Shown: positions 11,158 through 21,267 of the stretch, piece after piece
How positions within the stretch are numbered: position 1 is the first letter of the stretch
Layout: each line of letters begins with the position of its first letter
Source of the DNA: an uncultured Gammaproteobacteria bacterium
Lineage (GTDB): Bacteria; Pseudomonadota; Gammaproteobacteria; JAJDYQ01
Direction of reading: 5' to 3'
Assembly: GCA_942491945.1 (NCBI GenBank)
Contig: CALODD010000116.1
Coordinates: forward strand, 1,008 to 65,007
Length of the DNA: 64,000 bases
Notes under the pieces: generated by a model
The model's database searches: none
What the model was told of the DNA's origin: nothing
Seen by the model: the letters and a program-made list of their open reading frames with translations, nothing else
Made by a program: the position numbers and the translations under genes

Positions 11158-12182
11158 TGACGACATATGAAAAACTTAAAACGGGGCTGATCGCTGAACC
11201 CCGAACCTGGTTGATTACCGGCGTAGCAGGATTTATCGGTTCCAATTTGCTTGAGACCCTTTTGGATCTGGATCAGCATGTTATTGGGATTGATAACTTT
11301 TCTACCGGCTATCAGCATAATCTCGATGCTGTGCAGTCCCTCGTTACTGGCAGTCAATGGCAGCGCTTCAATTTTATAAACATGGACATTCGAGATGAAG
11401 ACGCCTGTGTGCAGGCCTGTAAAGGGGTTGACTATATATTGCATCAGGCCGCACTGGGTTCAGTGCCTCGCTCAATAGAAGACCCACTGACAACGAATGC
11501 AAATAACATAACCGGCTTCCTCAATATGCTTGTTGCAGCAAAAGATTCTAATGTTAAGCGATTCGTTTATGCCGCATCGAGTTCAACTTATGGCGACCAC
11601 CCCGGCCTGCCCAAGCAGGAAGATACTATTGGTAATCCGCTGTCGCCCTACGCAGTAACCAAACTGGTCAATGAACTGTATGCCAGTGTGTTTAACCGAA
11701 CCTATGGTTTCAAATCGATAGGTCTGCGTTATTTCAATATCTTTGGCCGTCGGCAGGACCCGGAAGGTGCCTATGCGGCAGTGATGCCGAAATGGTTTGC
11801 TGCACTGATTAATGGTGAAGAAACCTTTATCAACGGTGATGGTGAGACCAGCCGTGATTTCTGCTATATCGATAACTGTGTGCAGGCAAACCTGCTAGCG
11901 GCAACAACCAGTAATGATGCAGCGTCTGACCAGGTTTACAATGTCGCCTTCGGCCAGAGAACAACCTTAAACGAACTATACCGGATGATTCGCGAACGTG
12001 TCGCGGTTGTGCACCCTGACTGTATCGACAGGGATCCTGTTTACCGGGATTTCCGCGCCGGAGACGTACGCCATTCCCTGGCTGACATCAGTAAATCTGA
12101 GCAATTGCTCGGTTATACGCCTGAATATTCAGTAAGTGCAGGGCTGGATGAGGCGGCACAATGGTATCTTGATAACATCTGA
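11157..12182 (+). CDS. NAD-dependent UDP-sugar 4-epimerase (TviC/VipB/WbpP family)
   Basis: [19 protein letters not shown], YxxxK motif ([11 protein letters not shown]). Its start overlaps the stop of the dehydrogenase (TAATG). Confidence 0.8.
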   Translation: MTTYEKLKTGLIAEPRTWLITGVAGFIGSNLLETLLDLDQHVIGIDNFSTGYQHNLDAVQSLVTGSQWQRFNFINMDIRDEDACVQACKGVDYILHQAALGSVPRSIEDPLTTNANNITGFLNMLVAAKDSNVKRFVYAASSSTYGDHPGLPKQEDTIGNPLSPYAVTKLVNELYASVFNRTYGFKSIGLRYFNIFGRRQDPEGAYAAVMPKWFAALINGEETFINGDGETSRDFCYIDNCVQANLLAATTSNDAASDQVYNVAFGQRTTLNELYRMIRERVAVVHPDCIDRDPVYRDFRAGDVRHSLADISKSEQLLGYTPEYSVSAGLDEAAQWYLDNI

Positions 12183-12196
12183 GATGGCACTGCAAA

Positions 12197-12484
12197 TCAG
12201 GTTCTGCGTTGCTGTTTTTCGTTTTCCAGCGCCACTGAGGCTATCTCATTATAAAAATGTGTGACCTGCGAAAAGAGGTCGTTATATTCCGGGTGCTGCT
12301 GGCAAAAGGCATGACAATTTTTTGCTTCGCTGCAAACAGTATCAAGAAAACTAATGTCGTAATCATCCAGCACATTGCCGCTCAGGACCTTTTTATGTAA
12401 GGCGAAGACATGCGGCAACCTCTGCCGACGCAGGCGCAGCAGCATGACTGTGATGATGCCGTCATCCTTTGATACTGTTTCCAT
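12197..12484 (-). CDS. Hypothetical 95-aa protein
   Basis: ORF only; convergent with the epimerase gene. I do not recognise a family. Confidence 0.35.
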   Translation of the reverse strand: METVSKDDGIITVMLLRLRRQRLPHVFALHKKVLSGNVLDDYDISFLDTVCSEAKNCHAFCQQHPEYNDLFSQVTHFYNEIASVALENEKQQRRT

Positions 12485-12611
12485 CTCTTACCCTGATGTT
12501 GTCGCTGCTTATGTTTATATTTGTCCTGTAGCATTGCGACGGGTTCAGCACCTATACTACAGAACATAAAACAGCACTTCCAGTTATGAACTATTTCATG
12601 TTTTGAGATAA

Positions 12612-13661
12612 ATGAGCGCTATTAAAAGAGAAATTTGCTTCGTTCGCAGAAACCGCACACAGTTTGGCGGTGCGGAGAAATATCTTCTGCGCTTATCAAA
12701 TGAGCTAACACAACAGGGCTACAATCACCGGGTAATCTATTCGAGACTACCGAAATTTCTACCTTCTTTTTTGCGGGCAATGCTTTTTAATATCGGTGTT
12801 TGTTTTCACAAAGGCAGACGTTTCTATTTCTCCCTGGAAAGAATAAGCTGTCCGGATATCTATCGGGCAGGTGACGGTGTGCACCGGGAATTTTTACATA
12901 GCAAGGAAAAAAGTTTTAATCCGCTTAACACGGTCTACCTTTACCTGGAGAAACGCTGCTTTAGAAATGCGAAGAAGATTATTGCCAATTCGATGATGGT
13001 CAAGAATGAAATTATGCAGCATTACGATATCGACAGCGGCAAGATCAATGTCATCTACTCCGGTGTTGAAATGGACATAGAAACATCACTGGCAGGTTCT
13101 GTAAGAAAAGAATATAAGATTGATCCTGCATCTCGAATAATTCTTTTTGTCGGCTCCGGGTTTGCACGTAAAGGTGTCACAGATATGCTGCATCTGCTGG
13201 CAAAATTGGACCGTAATTTCTTTGCCATTATCGTCGGAAAAGATAAGCATCTTAAACGCTATATTGAAATGAGTGAACAGCTGGGCCTGGCTGATAAAGT
13301 AAAGTTCACCGGGCCGGTGAGTGATATTGATCGCTACTATCTTGATAGCGACATCCTGATGCTGCCAACACGTTATGAACCGTTTAGTAATGTTGTGCTG
13401 GAAGCGATGCGCAGCGGAAACGCCGTGATAACGACACGTCAAAATGGTGCTGCTGAAGTTTTGCAGGATGAATTGCTAATGGATCAAAGCTCAGATGTAA
13501 TGATTCTTCCTGTAATGCGCCGTTTACTGGACGAAACAGAATACCTGGAGGAGATAAAAAATCTCAACAGGGACACTGTAAAAGAGTATTCAATAGAACG
13601 GAATGCCAGGGAAACGCTGGCACTGATTGAGGCGACATTGAGCGATTCGTCTTCGCAGTAA
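12612..13661 (+). CDS. Family 4 glycosyltransferase (LPS core)
   Basis: FVGSGFARKGV...EPFSNVVLEAMRSGNAVITT, a GT4 C-terminal signature. Confidence 0.75.
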   Translation: MSAIKREICFVRRNRTQFGGAEKYLLRLSNELTQQGYNHRVIYSRLPKFLPSFLRAMLFNIGVCFHKGRRFYFSLERISCPDIYRAGDGVHREFLHSKEKSFNPLNTVYLYLEKRCFRNAKKIIANSMMVKNEIMQHYDIDSGKINVIYSGVEMDIETSLAGSVRKEYKIDPASRIILFVGSGFARKGVTDMLHLLAKLDRNFFAIIVGKDKHLKRYIEMSEQLGLADKVKFTGPVSDIDRYYLDSDILMLPTRYEPFSNVVLEAMRSGNAVITTRQNGAAEVLQDELLMDQSSDVMILPVMRRLLDETEYLEEIKNLNRDTVKEYSIERNARETLALIEATLSDSSSQ

Positions 13662-13668
13662 CAAGCAA

Positions 13669-14760
13669 TCAGGCCAGAATATCCACTACCGCCGTAGTGA
13701 CTTCTTTGCTTTCGATTGTCATCAGGCAATCACTAAGCTTGCTGTTTCCACAGCCATCAAGGCCGCAGGGCCGGCACGGATAAGGTGTCGTTAATACCTT
13801 GTGCCTGACATGCCAGGGACCCCAGATCTGTTCGTCACTGGGTCCGAATAAAGCGATGCAGGGTGTGTTCATGGCCGCTGCAATGTGCATCGGAACGGAA
13901 TCGAGGCCAATGAAACAGCCGGCCTTATCAACTATGACAGCCAGTTCCTTTAGACTCAGCTGACCTGCAAGATCTACAATCGGCAGCTCTCCAACGTCCG
14001 CCTTAATTTGGGCAACGACTTCAAGTTCGACAGGGTCAGGTGCAGAAGTAAGGACTAACTTATGTCCCATGTCATGCAGTTGTCGAATGACTTCTGCAAA
14101 GCCCTGTCTCGACCAGCCTTTGAACATCCAGCGGGAAGTTGGATGAATAAGTAAGTATTCACCCTGCTTCAGACCATGCTGCAGCAACAGTTCTGTGGCT
14201 TTGGCTTCTGCATCAGCGCCAGGGTTTAGTACCAGCCGCCGATCTTCAACAGCAGGATAAATGCCCAGGCGCCGCAGTGCATCGAGGTGTACTTCTACCG
14301 TATGGCGAGACCTGGCTGGAATGCCATAGGTATGTGTGAAGCTGTTTCTCCACCAGCGCCCACGTTTACCCGGGTAGGATTGCGCGACAGAATAAGCCGG
14401 TTTGAGGCGCCGTACCAGGCGCGCTCCCCGCGCATGCTCTGTCAGATGGATAATAAGATCATATTGACGACTGCGCAGGTTTTTTAACAGCTGCCGCTCA
14501 TGGCCCCATTGTGTAATGATGCTCTGTTTTTTCCAGTCCCTGTCTATACAGTGTAATTGGCTTAGTGCTGGATGGTCAGTCAGCATCGGGGATGTTTCAG
14601 AATAAACCAGGGCATCAATTTCCGCACCGGGAATTTGATTACCAACAACTGTGAAGACTGGTGAAGTGAGCAACACATCACCGAAATGCCGCAACTTGAT
14701 GATAAGGACGCGTTTTACTCTCGTCAGGTCTATCGCATCAGGCAGGTAGGATTCTTTCAT
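13669..14760 (-). CDS. LPS heptosyltransferase (GT9, heptosyltransferase III / WaaQ-like)
   Basis: RVLIIKLRHFGDVLLTSPVF...FIGLDSVPMHIAAAM, GT9 family motifs. Confidence 0.75.
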   Translation of the reverse strand: MKESYLPDAIDLTRVKRVLIIKLRHFGDVLLTSPVFTVVGNQIPGAEIDALVYSETSPMLTDHPALSQLHCIDRDWKKQSIITQWGHERQLLKNLRSRQYDLIIHLTEHARGARLVRRLKPAYSVAQSYPGKRGRWWRNSFTHTYGIPARSRHTVEVHLDALRRLGIYPAVEDRRLVLNPGADAEAKATELLLQHGLKQGEYLLIHPTSRWMFKGWSRQGFAEVIRQLHDMGHKLVLTSAPDPVELEVVAQIKADVGELPIVDLAGQLSLKELAVIVDKAGCFIGLDSVPMHIAAAMNTPCIALFGPSDEQIWGPWHVRHKVLTTPYPCRPCGLDGCGNSKLSDCLMTIESKEVTTAVVDILA

Positions 14761-14766
14761 GGAATA

Positions 14767-14801
14767 ATTTCAGTTTTCAGTTTTCAGTTTTCAGTTTTCA
14801 G
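14767..14801. repeat. Heptanucleotide tandem repeat (T/A)TTTCAG x5
   Basis: Read directly: ATTTCAG then TTTTCAG x4. It begins 7 nt upstream of the heptosyltransferase start codon at 14760 (minus strand). Confidence 0.95.
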
Positions 14802-14857
14802 TTCCAAGTTCCAAGTTCCAAGTTCCAAGTTCCAAGTTCCAAGTTCCAAGTTCCAAG
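14802..14857. repeat. Heptanucleotide tandem repeat TTCCAAG x8
   Basis: Read directly: 8 perfect units, abutting the first repeat. A polypyrimidine tract follows at 14868-14905. Confidence 0.95.
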
Positions 14858-14908
14858 AAAAAACTATTCTTAGTTTTCCCCTTTCCTCTTTTTCTTTTTC
14901 TCTGAGTT

Positions 14909-15913
14909 TTACTCCTGCATCTTCGCCCACTTTGATTCCCATTCATAGGCCGTGCGGCAAATCACTTCCAGGTCCTGATAGCGTGTTTTCCAGTCCAGCA
15001 GTTGATGTATCAATTGATTGCCGGCGATTAATTCCGGCGGGTCACCAGCACGTCTTGGTGATTCAATAACGGTGAAGTCTACACCACTAACCTTTTTTAC
15101 CATCTGGATCACTTCACGTACCGAATAACCCTGACCATAACCACAGTTGATAATTTGCGAGTCGCCGCCGGCCCTTAACCTGGCTACAGCTGACAGGTGG
15201 GCAGAGGCAAGATCCTCAACATGAATATAATCGCGCACACCGGTGCCATCACTGGTGGGGTAGTCAGTACCGAATATTTCGATAGATTCACGCTGACCCA
15301 GTGCGGCCTGGCAAGCTACCTTGATTAAATGCGTTGCCTCGGGTGTTGCCTGGCCGACTTTCAGGTCGGCGCGGGCACCGGCGACATTAAAATATCGTAG
15401 AGCCGTGAAGCGAAAATTATCCTCAACATCCGGTCGATTTGACAGGTCTTTCATCATCCATTCAGTCATCAGTTTTGAGCGACCATAGGCATTTATCGGT
15501 GAAGTCTCTGTCTGCTCTGTAGCGGGTTGTTCGTCAGGGATGCCATAGACTGCAGCTGTCGATGAGAAGACAAATTGATTTACCCCGCTATTAACGCAGG
15601 CCTCGAGCAGGTTGCGAGAATTTTGTGTGTTGTTGCGGTAGTACTTCAGCGGATCAGTGACTGATTCAGGGACCACGATATGACCTGCAAAGTGGATGAC
15701 TGTATCTACATCATGCTCTTGCATAAGCTGTGAAGCCAGTTCAATGTCTCCGGCATCACCTTCAACCAGCACAGCTTCTTTCGGTACAGCCCAGCGGTGG
15801 CCGGAATAGAAATTGTCTATGATAACTACTTTTTCACCGGCATCGACGAGTTGATGGCAGGTATGTGAGCCGATATATCCGGCACCACCGGTCACCAGTA
15901 CTGACTTAGTCAT
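14909..15913 (-). CDS. galE: UDP-glucose 4-epimerase
   Basis: VLVTGGAGYIGSHTCHQLVDAG...YGRSKLM (YxxxK); full-length GalE-like. Confidence 0.85.
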   Translation of the reverse strand: MTKSVLVTGGAGYIGSHTCHQLVDAGEKVVIIDNFYSGHRWAVPKEAVLVEGDAGDIELASQLMQEHDVDTVIHFAGHIVVPESVTDPLKYYRNNTQNSRNLLEACVNSGVNQFVFSSTAAVYGIPDEQPATEQTETSPINAYGRSKLMTEWMMKDLSNRPDVEDNFRFTALRYFNVAGARADLKVGQATPEATHLIKVACQAALGQRESIEIFGTDYPTSDGTGVRDYIHVEDLASAHLSAVARLRAGGDSQIINCGYGQGYSVREVIQMVKKVSGVDFTVIESPRRAGDPPELIAGNQLIHQLLDWKTRYQDLEVICRTAYEWESKWAKMQE

Positions 15914-16943
15914 TTATTAACTCCTTAGTTCGTTGATTTATTTGTTGTTGAAGCTGTTGCCAGACTGTCACAGGTTTTATGGACTGGTAACAGGCGGGAT
16001 GAACTGCTGACTCTTTTGTATATGTGCATTCACGCCGCAGGCAGGGCGCACATTCAAAATCGGCAGATAACTGTACCTGAAATTGCCCCCTGGTGCCGGT
16101 TAGCGAAGGATCAGTTGAACCGTATATCGACACGGCAGGTAACGACAGGGCAGCTGCAAGGTGTCCAAGTCCGGTATCGACAGCAATTGCACCGGCTGAA
16201 CAGGATAGCAGTGATGCTATCTCATTTAAATCCATTGCCGGTGACAGCTGCGCCAGATTATTGTTTTGTGCAAGCCTGTTTGCGCGTGCTTTTTCTTCAT
16301 CGTTGCCCCAGGGTAGTTGCACCTGGAACCCATCATTCGTTGCCAGGTTTACCAGTTCCAGCCAGTACGGCTCTGGCCAGTGTTTGCTTTGCCAGGTAGT
16401 GCCATGCAGAAACACCAGCTGTCTGGAAGCGATAGCTGGATCTTCGGTATAGATTCCGTATTCTGCAGGAGTAGCTGGGAGTGGGTAATCAAAAGATTTT
16501 GCAAACAGTTCACGTACGCGTTCAATAGCATGCTTGCCTTTACTGACATGATGAGTTTTATCATAGCTCAAAGCCACCAGGCGCTCGCGAGCAGAAGTGC
16601 GGTCAAAGCCATGTGATGTACTTTTTACCATTCGTGTAAGCCATGCACTTTTAAGCAGTCCCTGGGCATCAATGACCAGGTCATAATCAGCAGCCTGGAT
16701 CCGGTGCTTGAATTCGTGCCACTGGTGGCGTGTCTGCTTTGAAAGAGGGGCCTTGCGCCATCGGCGCAAGGCAACCGGAATAACCTGGATGACAGCACTA
16801 TGCCATGATGGAATTGGGGAAAAAGCTTCTTCCACCACCCAGTCGAATAATAGACCAGGTATTTCGCGTTGTGCATCAGTCAATGCCGGCAAGGCATGAA
16901 CCACATCACCAAGTGAGGATGTTTTGACAATCAATACACGCAT
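15906..16943 (-). CDS. waaC: LPS heptosyltransferase I
   Basis: MRVLIVKTSSLGDVVHALPALTDA...AIAVDTGLGHLAAAL. It overlaps the galE start by 8 nt. Confidence 0.8.
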   Translation of the reverse strand: MRVLIVKTSSLGDVVHALPALTDAQREIPGLLFDWVVEEAFSPIPSWHSAVIQVIPVALRRWRKAPLSKQTRHQWHEFKHRIQAADYDLVIDAQGLLKSAWLTRMVKSTSHGFDRTSARERLVALSYDKTHHVSKGKHAIERVRELFAKSFDYPLPATPAEYGIYTEDPAIASRQLVFLHGTTWQSKHWPEPYWLELVNLATNDGFQVQLPWGNDEEKARANRLAQNNNLAQLSPAMDLNEIASLLSCSAGAIAVDTGLGHLAAALSLPAVSIYGSTDPSLTGTRGQFQVQLSADFECAPCLRRECTYTKESAVHPACYQSIKPVTVWQQLQQQINQRTKELIND

Positions 16944-16949
16944 GGCATG

Positions 16950-17483
16950 TCAGGTGTTAGTTTCTGCAGATGAATCAAAATATGTTTTGGCCTCACTTAT
17001 CTCGTTCTCACTAAAAACTCGTATCCCATTTTGACGCAGCATTCGTGTAGTCACACCTTCTCCCGGTATAAATTTGTGACTAAAGCTGCCATCAGTCACG
17101 GTTGTTGATCCACACGATGGGCTGTTTTCTTTTAATATCGCAATACGGATATTGTGTTGTAGGCATAGACTTAATGCATGCTGTGCACCACAAAGATAAA
17201 AGCGGGTGATATCTTCATTTTTTACAGTTGTTACCTGTGCAACACCGGTCAATACATCTGCTGCGGTACCCTGGATTTCTCCAGCAGGTCTAGGTACTGG
17301 CAGGCCTCCACTGACTTCCGGGCAAACCGGAACCAGTATACCTTCATTCTTCCACAGCTCCAGTGTTGCATTATCTACGTGTTTTGATTGACCGTCATAG
17401 CGTACCGGCTGACCAAGCAGGCAGGCACTGATAAGTATTTTCGATGGTGATTCAGCCACTGATCCAGTTAAACCAGTCTTCAT
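16950..17483 (-). CDS. DUF523 (YbbK/TudS-like) protein
   Basis: ILISACLLGQPVRYDG...VPVCPEVSGGLPVPRP. The internal ATG at 17483 is preferred because the longer ORF overlaps the upstream gene by 131 nt. Confidence 0.65.
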   Translation of the reverse strand: MKTGLTGSVAESPSKILISACLLGQPVRYDGQSKHVDNATLELWKNEGILVPVCPEVSGGLPVPRPAGEIQGTAADVLTGVAQVTTVKNEDITRFYLCGAQHALSLCLQHNIRIAILKENSPSCGSTTVTDGSFSHKFIPGEGVTTRMLRQNGIRVFSENEISEAKTYFDSSAETNT

Positions 17484-18255
17484 AGAGATCTTTACTGGCA
17501 GCGGCAACCGCTGAGCGCGGTTCAAGCACTGCGTGGAAATCACGGTCACCCTGTAAGGAAGATGAATAACCGCCAGCTTCATCGAGGATCAGCCAGCCAG
17601 CGGCATAGTCCCACAGTTTTTGCTTTCCATGCAGGTAAACCTGTCCGCGCCCGGCAGCAAGCCAGCACCAGTCGAGTGCAACGGAGCCAAAACTTCGTTG
17701 AGAAGAGTAGGGCGCCTTTATTGCGAGACGTGTGGCAAGGTCACCGGAAAGCCGTTTGAAATCGATAATTGCAGAACACTGCTTGAGGGCTGTATGTGCA
17801 GTGAGAGTTGCATCAAGCGGTTTATCGTTGAGGTTTGCGCCCTTGCCTTTTTCAGCAATAAAACACTCATCTCGTATCGGGTCGTAGATAATGCCGAGCG
17901 TCGGCTGGCCATTTTCAATCAATGCCAGCGAGGTGCTGAAAAAAGGGATGCCAGAGGCAAAATTGCTTGTGCCATCAAGCGGATCGAGGCACCAGAACGT
18001 GGTTGTTCCATCACCAATGACGGCATTCTGATGCTGTTCAGACATCTCCTCGCCAAGCAGCGGTATCTCCGGGTGCAATTCGTATAATGCCTGCTGCAAT
18101 CGGTTTTGTACGTTCAGGTCTGCCTCGGTAACAAGGCTGCCATCCTGTTTGTAGGAAAAAGCGCTATGCTGAAATCGTGGCAGCAGTTCTTCCCTGCATG
18201 CATCGATAACAAGCTCCCTTATTAGTGATAGTTCGATTGGAAACACGTTAGTCAT
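17452..18255 (-). CDS. Inositol monophosphatase family protein (SuhB/CysQ-like)
   Basis: Motifs LGEE, LDPLDGTSNF and WDYAAG. Confidence 0.8.
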   Translation of the reverse strand: MTNVFPIELSLIRELVIDACREELLPRFQHSAFSYKQDGSLVTEADLNVQNRLQQALYELHPEIPLLGEEMSEQHQNAVIGDGTTTFWCLDPLDGTSNFASGIPFFSTSLALIENGQPTLGIIYDPIRDECFIAEKGKGANLNDKPLDATLTAHTALKQCSAIIDFKRLSGDLATRLAIKAPYSSQRSFGSVALDWCWLAAGRGQVYLHGKQKLWDYAAGWLILDEAGGYSSSLQGDRDFHAVLEPRSAVAAASKDLYEDWFNWISG

Positions 18256-18324
18256 CGAGATATATCCTGTCAGTAATCATCGCCATCAGTTACGGCGTTT
18301 AAGATTGCCATTAAGTATCCTTTC

Positions 18325-19647
18325 TCAGGGCTTCTGGATTTCAGCCCACAGGTCGTGTGCGTTGCTTGCAGTAATTTTAGCACGGACGATGTCCCCTGCT
18401 TTGAGGCCATGGTCACCTTCAATAAAAACCATACCGTCAATTTCCGGTGCATCCCCTTTGCTGCGGCCGATAAATCCTTCTTCGTCTTCGCCGTCGATAA
18501 TAATGTCTTCAACTCGTCCAACACGGTCAGCTAGCTTCTGTTCGGAAATTTTTTCCTGCACTTCCATGAAGCGCTGCAGGCGTTCCTGCTTGATTTCTTC
18601 TGTGACGGGATTGGCCAGTGCATTAGCCGTCGCTCCATCTACAGGTGAATAGGCAAAGGCCCCAACACGGTCGAGCTGGGCGACCTCGAGGAATTCCAGC
18701 AGTTCTTCGAACTGTTGTTCAGTTTCACCGGGGAAGCCGACGATGAAGGTGCTGCGCAGGGTAATATCGGGACAGATGTCGCGCCATTTTTCTATACGAC
18801 GCAGCACATTTTCGGCATTTGCAGGCCGTTTCATGGCCTTCAGGATATCGTAATTCGCGTGCTGCAGGGGTACGTCAAGATAAGGAAGTATCACCCCTTC
18901 TGCCATTAACGGAATGACATCATCGACATGCGGATACGGATAGACATAATGCAGCCTTACCCATGCACCCAGTTCACCAAGTGCACGAGATAATTCTAAA
19001 AAACGAGTTTTCAGCGGTTTGCCGCGCCAGAACTCATCGCGATAGCGGGTGTCCAGGCCATAGGCGCTGGTGTCCTGGGAAACCACCAGCAGTTCACGCA
19101 CCCCGGCACTGATCAGGCCCTCCGCCTCGTCCATGACGTCAGACACCGGTCGGCTGACCAGGTCGCCGCGCAACGAGGGAATGATGCAAAAGGTGCAGCG
19201 GTGATTACAGCCTTCAGATATCTTCAGGTAGGCGTAATGCCGCGGCGTCAATTTAATGCCGCCGGGTGGGATCAGGCTCAGTTTCGGGTCAGTATCCGGT
19301 GGCAGGTGCTGGTGGATGGCTGACATGACCTCATCGGCCGCATGCGGCCCGGTGACGGCGAGCAGGTCGGGAAAGGCCTTTTCAACTACGCCCTGTTTTG
19401 CCCCCAGGCATCCCGTCACGATCACCTTGCCGTTCTCATTTAACGCCTCAGCGATCGCCTGCATTGATTCTTCCACGGCATCATCAATGAACGCACAGGT
19501 ATTGATAACAACCACATCCGAGCTTTTATAGTCAGGCTGGATGGCATAGCCTTCAGCGCGCAGGCGCGTGATGATCTGTTCAGAATCAACCAGTGCCTTG
19601 GGGCAGCCAAGGCTAATAAAGCCGATTGATGGTATGTGATGGGACAT
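18325..19647 (-). CDS. rimO: Ribosomal protein S12 methylthiotransferase
   Basis: [16 protein letters not shown], radical-SAM CNHRCTFC and a C-terminal TRAM-like region; 440 aa. Confidence 0.9.
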   Translation of the reverse strand: MSHHIPSIGFISLGCPKALVDSEQIITRLRAEGYAIQPDYKSSDVVVINTCAFIDDAVEESMQAIAEALNENGKVIVTGCLGAKQGVVEKAFPDLLAVTGPHAADEVMSAIHQHLPPDTDPKLSLIPPGGIKLTPRHYAYLKISEGCNHRCTFCIIPSLRGDLVSRPVSDVMDEAEGLISAGVRELLVVSQDTSAYGLDTRYRDEFWRGKPLKTRFLELSRALGELGAWVRLHYVYPYPHVDDVIPLMAEGVILPYLDVPLQHANYDILKAMKRPANAENVLRRIEKWRDICPDITLRSTFIVGFPGETEQQFEELLEFLEVAQLDRVGAFAYSPVDGATANALANPVTEEIKQERLQRFMEVQEKISEQKLADRVGRVEDIIIDGEDEEGFIGRSKGDAPEIDGMVFIEGDHGLKAGDIVRAKITASNAHDLWAEIQKP

Positions 19648-19752
19648 TCGCCTTCCAGTTGTGAGGAGCAGATTGCAGCTGCAGTTTTGATGCTGGTTAT
19701 TTTATGTTAAAAGAGGCGAACATGAAATCAGGCAAACCCCATTGAGATTACA

Positions 19753-20493
19753 TTGAAAATATCAACACACCCTTTATTGTTTACTGCCCTGCTATTAATA
19801 CCTGCATTTGCCAGCTGTTCTGATACTACCAGTGATAAAAGTGTCACTAACTCTTCCAGTACTCCGGTTTCTCCCAATCAGAGGGGGCAGCGCATCCCTG
19901 ACTATGAAACTGCGCGAACAGTGTTCTGGAAAGAACTGTATAACGATGGTGGCAGCACACTGTACTGCCAGCAGCAATTCGGCAGTGGTTATAACCGCGG
20001 GATCAACATCGAACACATCTTCCCGGCCTCATGGATTGCCTATAGCCTACATTGTGGTAAACGTAACCAGTGCCGCATCAACAGCCCACAGTTCAACATC
20101 ATCGAAGCGGATTTGCATAACCTCTATCCGTCGCGCACTGATATCAACAAGGCACGCAGCAACTACCAGTTCACGATAATTCGTGGAGAGCAGCGGTCAT
20201 TCGGCAACTGCGACTTTGAGTTTGATGAGCGTGCCCGTAGCGCTGAACCCTCACCGGAGGCACGCGGACGTGTTGCCCGCGCTATGCTGTATATGAGTGA
20301 CGAATATGATCTATACCTGAAGCATAAACAGAAGTCGCTGTTACAGGCATGGGACAATAAATATGCGCCAGATCAGGATGAATATAGAAGAAATGACCGT
20401 ATTGAACAGCTGCAGGGTAATCGCAATCCCTATATTGATAACCACAGCAGGCAACTGCAAAACTCGTCATTAACTGGATTAACCACTAGATGA
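19753..20493 (+). CDS. Endonuclease I family extracellular/periplasmic DNase, predicted lipoprotein
   Basis: Lipobox-like LLIPAFASC. Also NIEHIFPASW, DLHNLYPSRTDINKARSN and ARGRVARAMLYM. Confidence 0.75.
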   Translation: MKISTHPLLFTALLLIPAFASCSDTTSDKSVTNSSSTPVSPNQRGQRIPDYETARTVFWKELYNDGGSTLYCQQQFGSGYNRGINIEHIFPASWIAYSLHCGKRNQCRINSPQFNIIEADLHNLYPSRTDINKARSNYQFTIIRGEQRSFGNCDFEFDERARSAEPSPEARGRVARAMLYMSDEYDLYLKHKQKSLLQAWDNKYAPDQDEYRRNDRIEQLQGNRNPYIDNHSRQLQNSSLTGLTTR

Positions 20494-20509
20494 AAGTTGT
20501 CAAAAAAAT

Positions 20510-20523
20510 CTGATATAGATCAA
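20510..20523. promoter_or_regulatory. FNR/CRP-family box
   Basis: cTGATatagATCAA matches TTGAT-N4-ATCAA at 9/10 positions. It is centred about 40 nt upstream of the predicted start site of a TATAAG -10 element at 20544-20549. Confidence 0.4.
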
Positions 20524-20613
20524 GGAAGCTATAATTTTATTTTTATAAGATAAGAATGAGTTGTTAATTAGATAATTAGTTGTGCCGATAATGAATTCTT
20601 AGGAGGATGTCAG

Positions 20614-21252
20614 ATGCCAGATCCCGACAATAAGCCCTCCATTTTTTCCCGCAAGATTTTTTTAGGTACGACCCTGGCAGGCATGTTGATACTGATGGCG
20701 CTTGGCGCCGTCTTCTGGAGCGGCTTCAACAAGGTCATGGATATCACCAGTTCGACGAACTTCTGTATTTCCTGCCATGCAATGAAAAAGAATGTTTACC
20801 AGGAGTATGTGCACACGGTTCATTACAGCAACAGGACCGGTGTCCAGGCCTCGTGTTCAGATTGTCATGTTCCCGATCCATGGCTGCATAAGATGGTGCG
20901 CAAGATTAAATCTACCAAAGAAGTGTTAGACACGATGCGGGGAGTCATTAATACACCTGAGAAGTTTGAGCTGCTCCGTATGCAGATGGCCAGTCGCGTC
21001 TGGGAGACGATGAAAGCGACAGATTCCAGGGAGTGCCGGAGTTGCCACAATGTTGATGCTATGGAATTATCAGCACAAAGTGATGGCGCTAATGAACGCC
21101 ACCAGAAGTGTATAACTGGTGACAAGACGTGTATTGATTGCCACAAAGGGATTGCCCATACGTTACCGAAAGAATTTCTTGAGCAGGAGCACGAGCGTTT
21201 CGTCGAACAGGAAGTCCCCTGCGAAGACTGTCACGTTAACCTTGATATATAG
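20614..21252 (+). CDS. NapC/NirT-family membrane-anchored multiheme cytochrome c with five CXXCH motifs
   Basis: An N-terminal TM helix, then CISCH, CSDCH, CRSCH, CIDCH and an extra CEDCH 8 residues from the C-terminus. Confidence 0.8.
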   Translation: MPDPDNKPSIFSRKIFLGTTLAGMLILMALGAVFWSGFNKVMDITSSTNFCISCHAMKKNVYQEYVHTVHYSNRTGVQASCSDCHVPDPWLHKMVRKIKSTKEVLDTMRGVINTPEKFELLRMQMASRVWETMKATDSRECRSCHNVDAMELSAQSDGANERHQKCITGDKTCIDCHKGIAHTLPKEFLEQEHERFVEQEVPCEDCHVNLDI

Positions 21253-21267
21253 GAATCTCTAATTTGT

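Noticed and set aside
13686-13693. ops-like octamer GGCGGTAG (minus strand) in the LPS locus
   Set aside because: It lies inside the 3' end of the heptosyltransferase coding sequence rather than in a leader. An 8-mer is expected by chance about once or twice in 128 kb of two-strand sequence.
14686-15069. 127-aa + strand ORF containing the SSKFQVP repeats
   Set aside because: This is simply the translation of the 7-nt tandem repeats, which give a 7-aa period. It overlaps the heptosyltransferase start and the galE end on the other strand.
16016-16616. Several 99-127-aa + strand ORFs
   Set aside because: All are antisense to waaC, whose frame has clear GT9 motifs.
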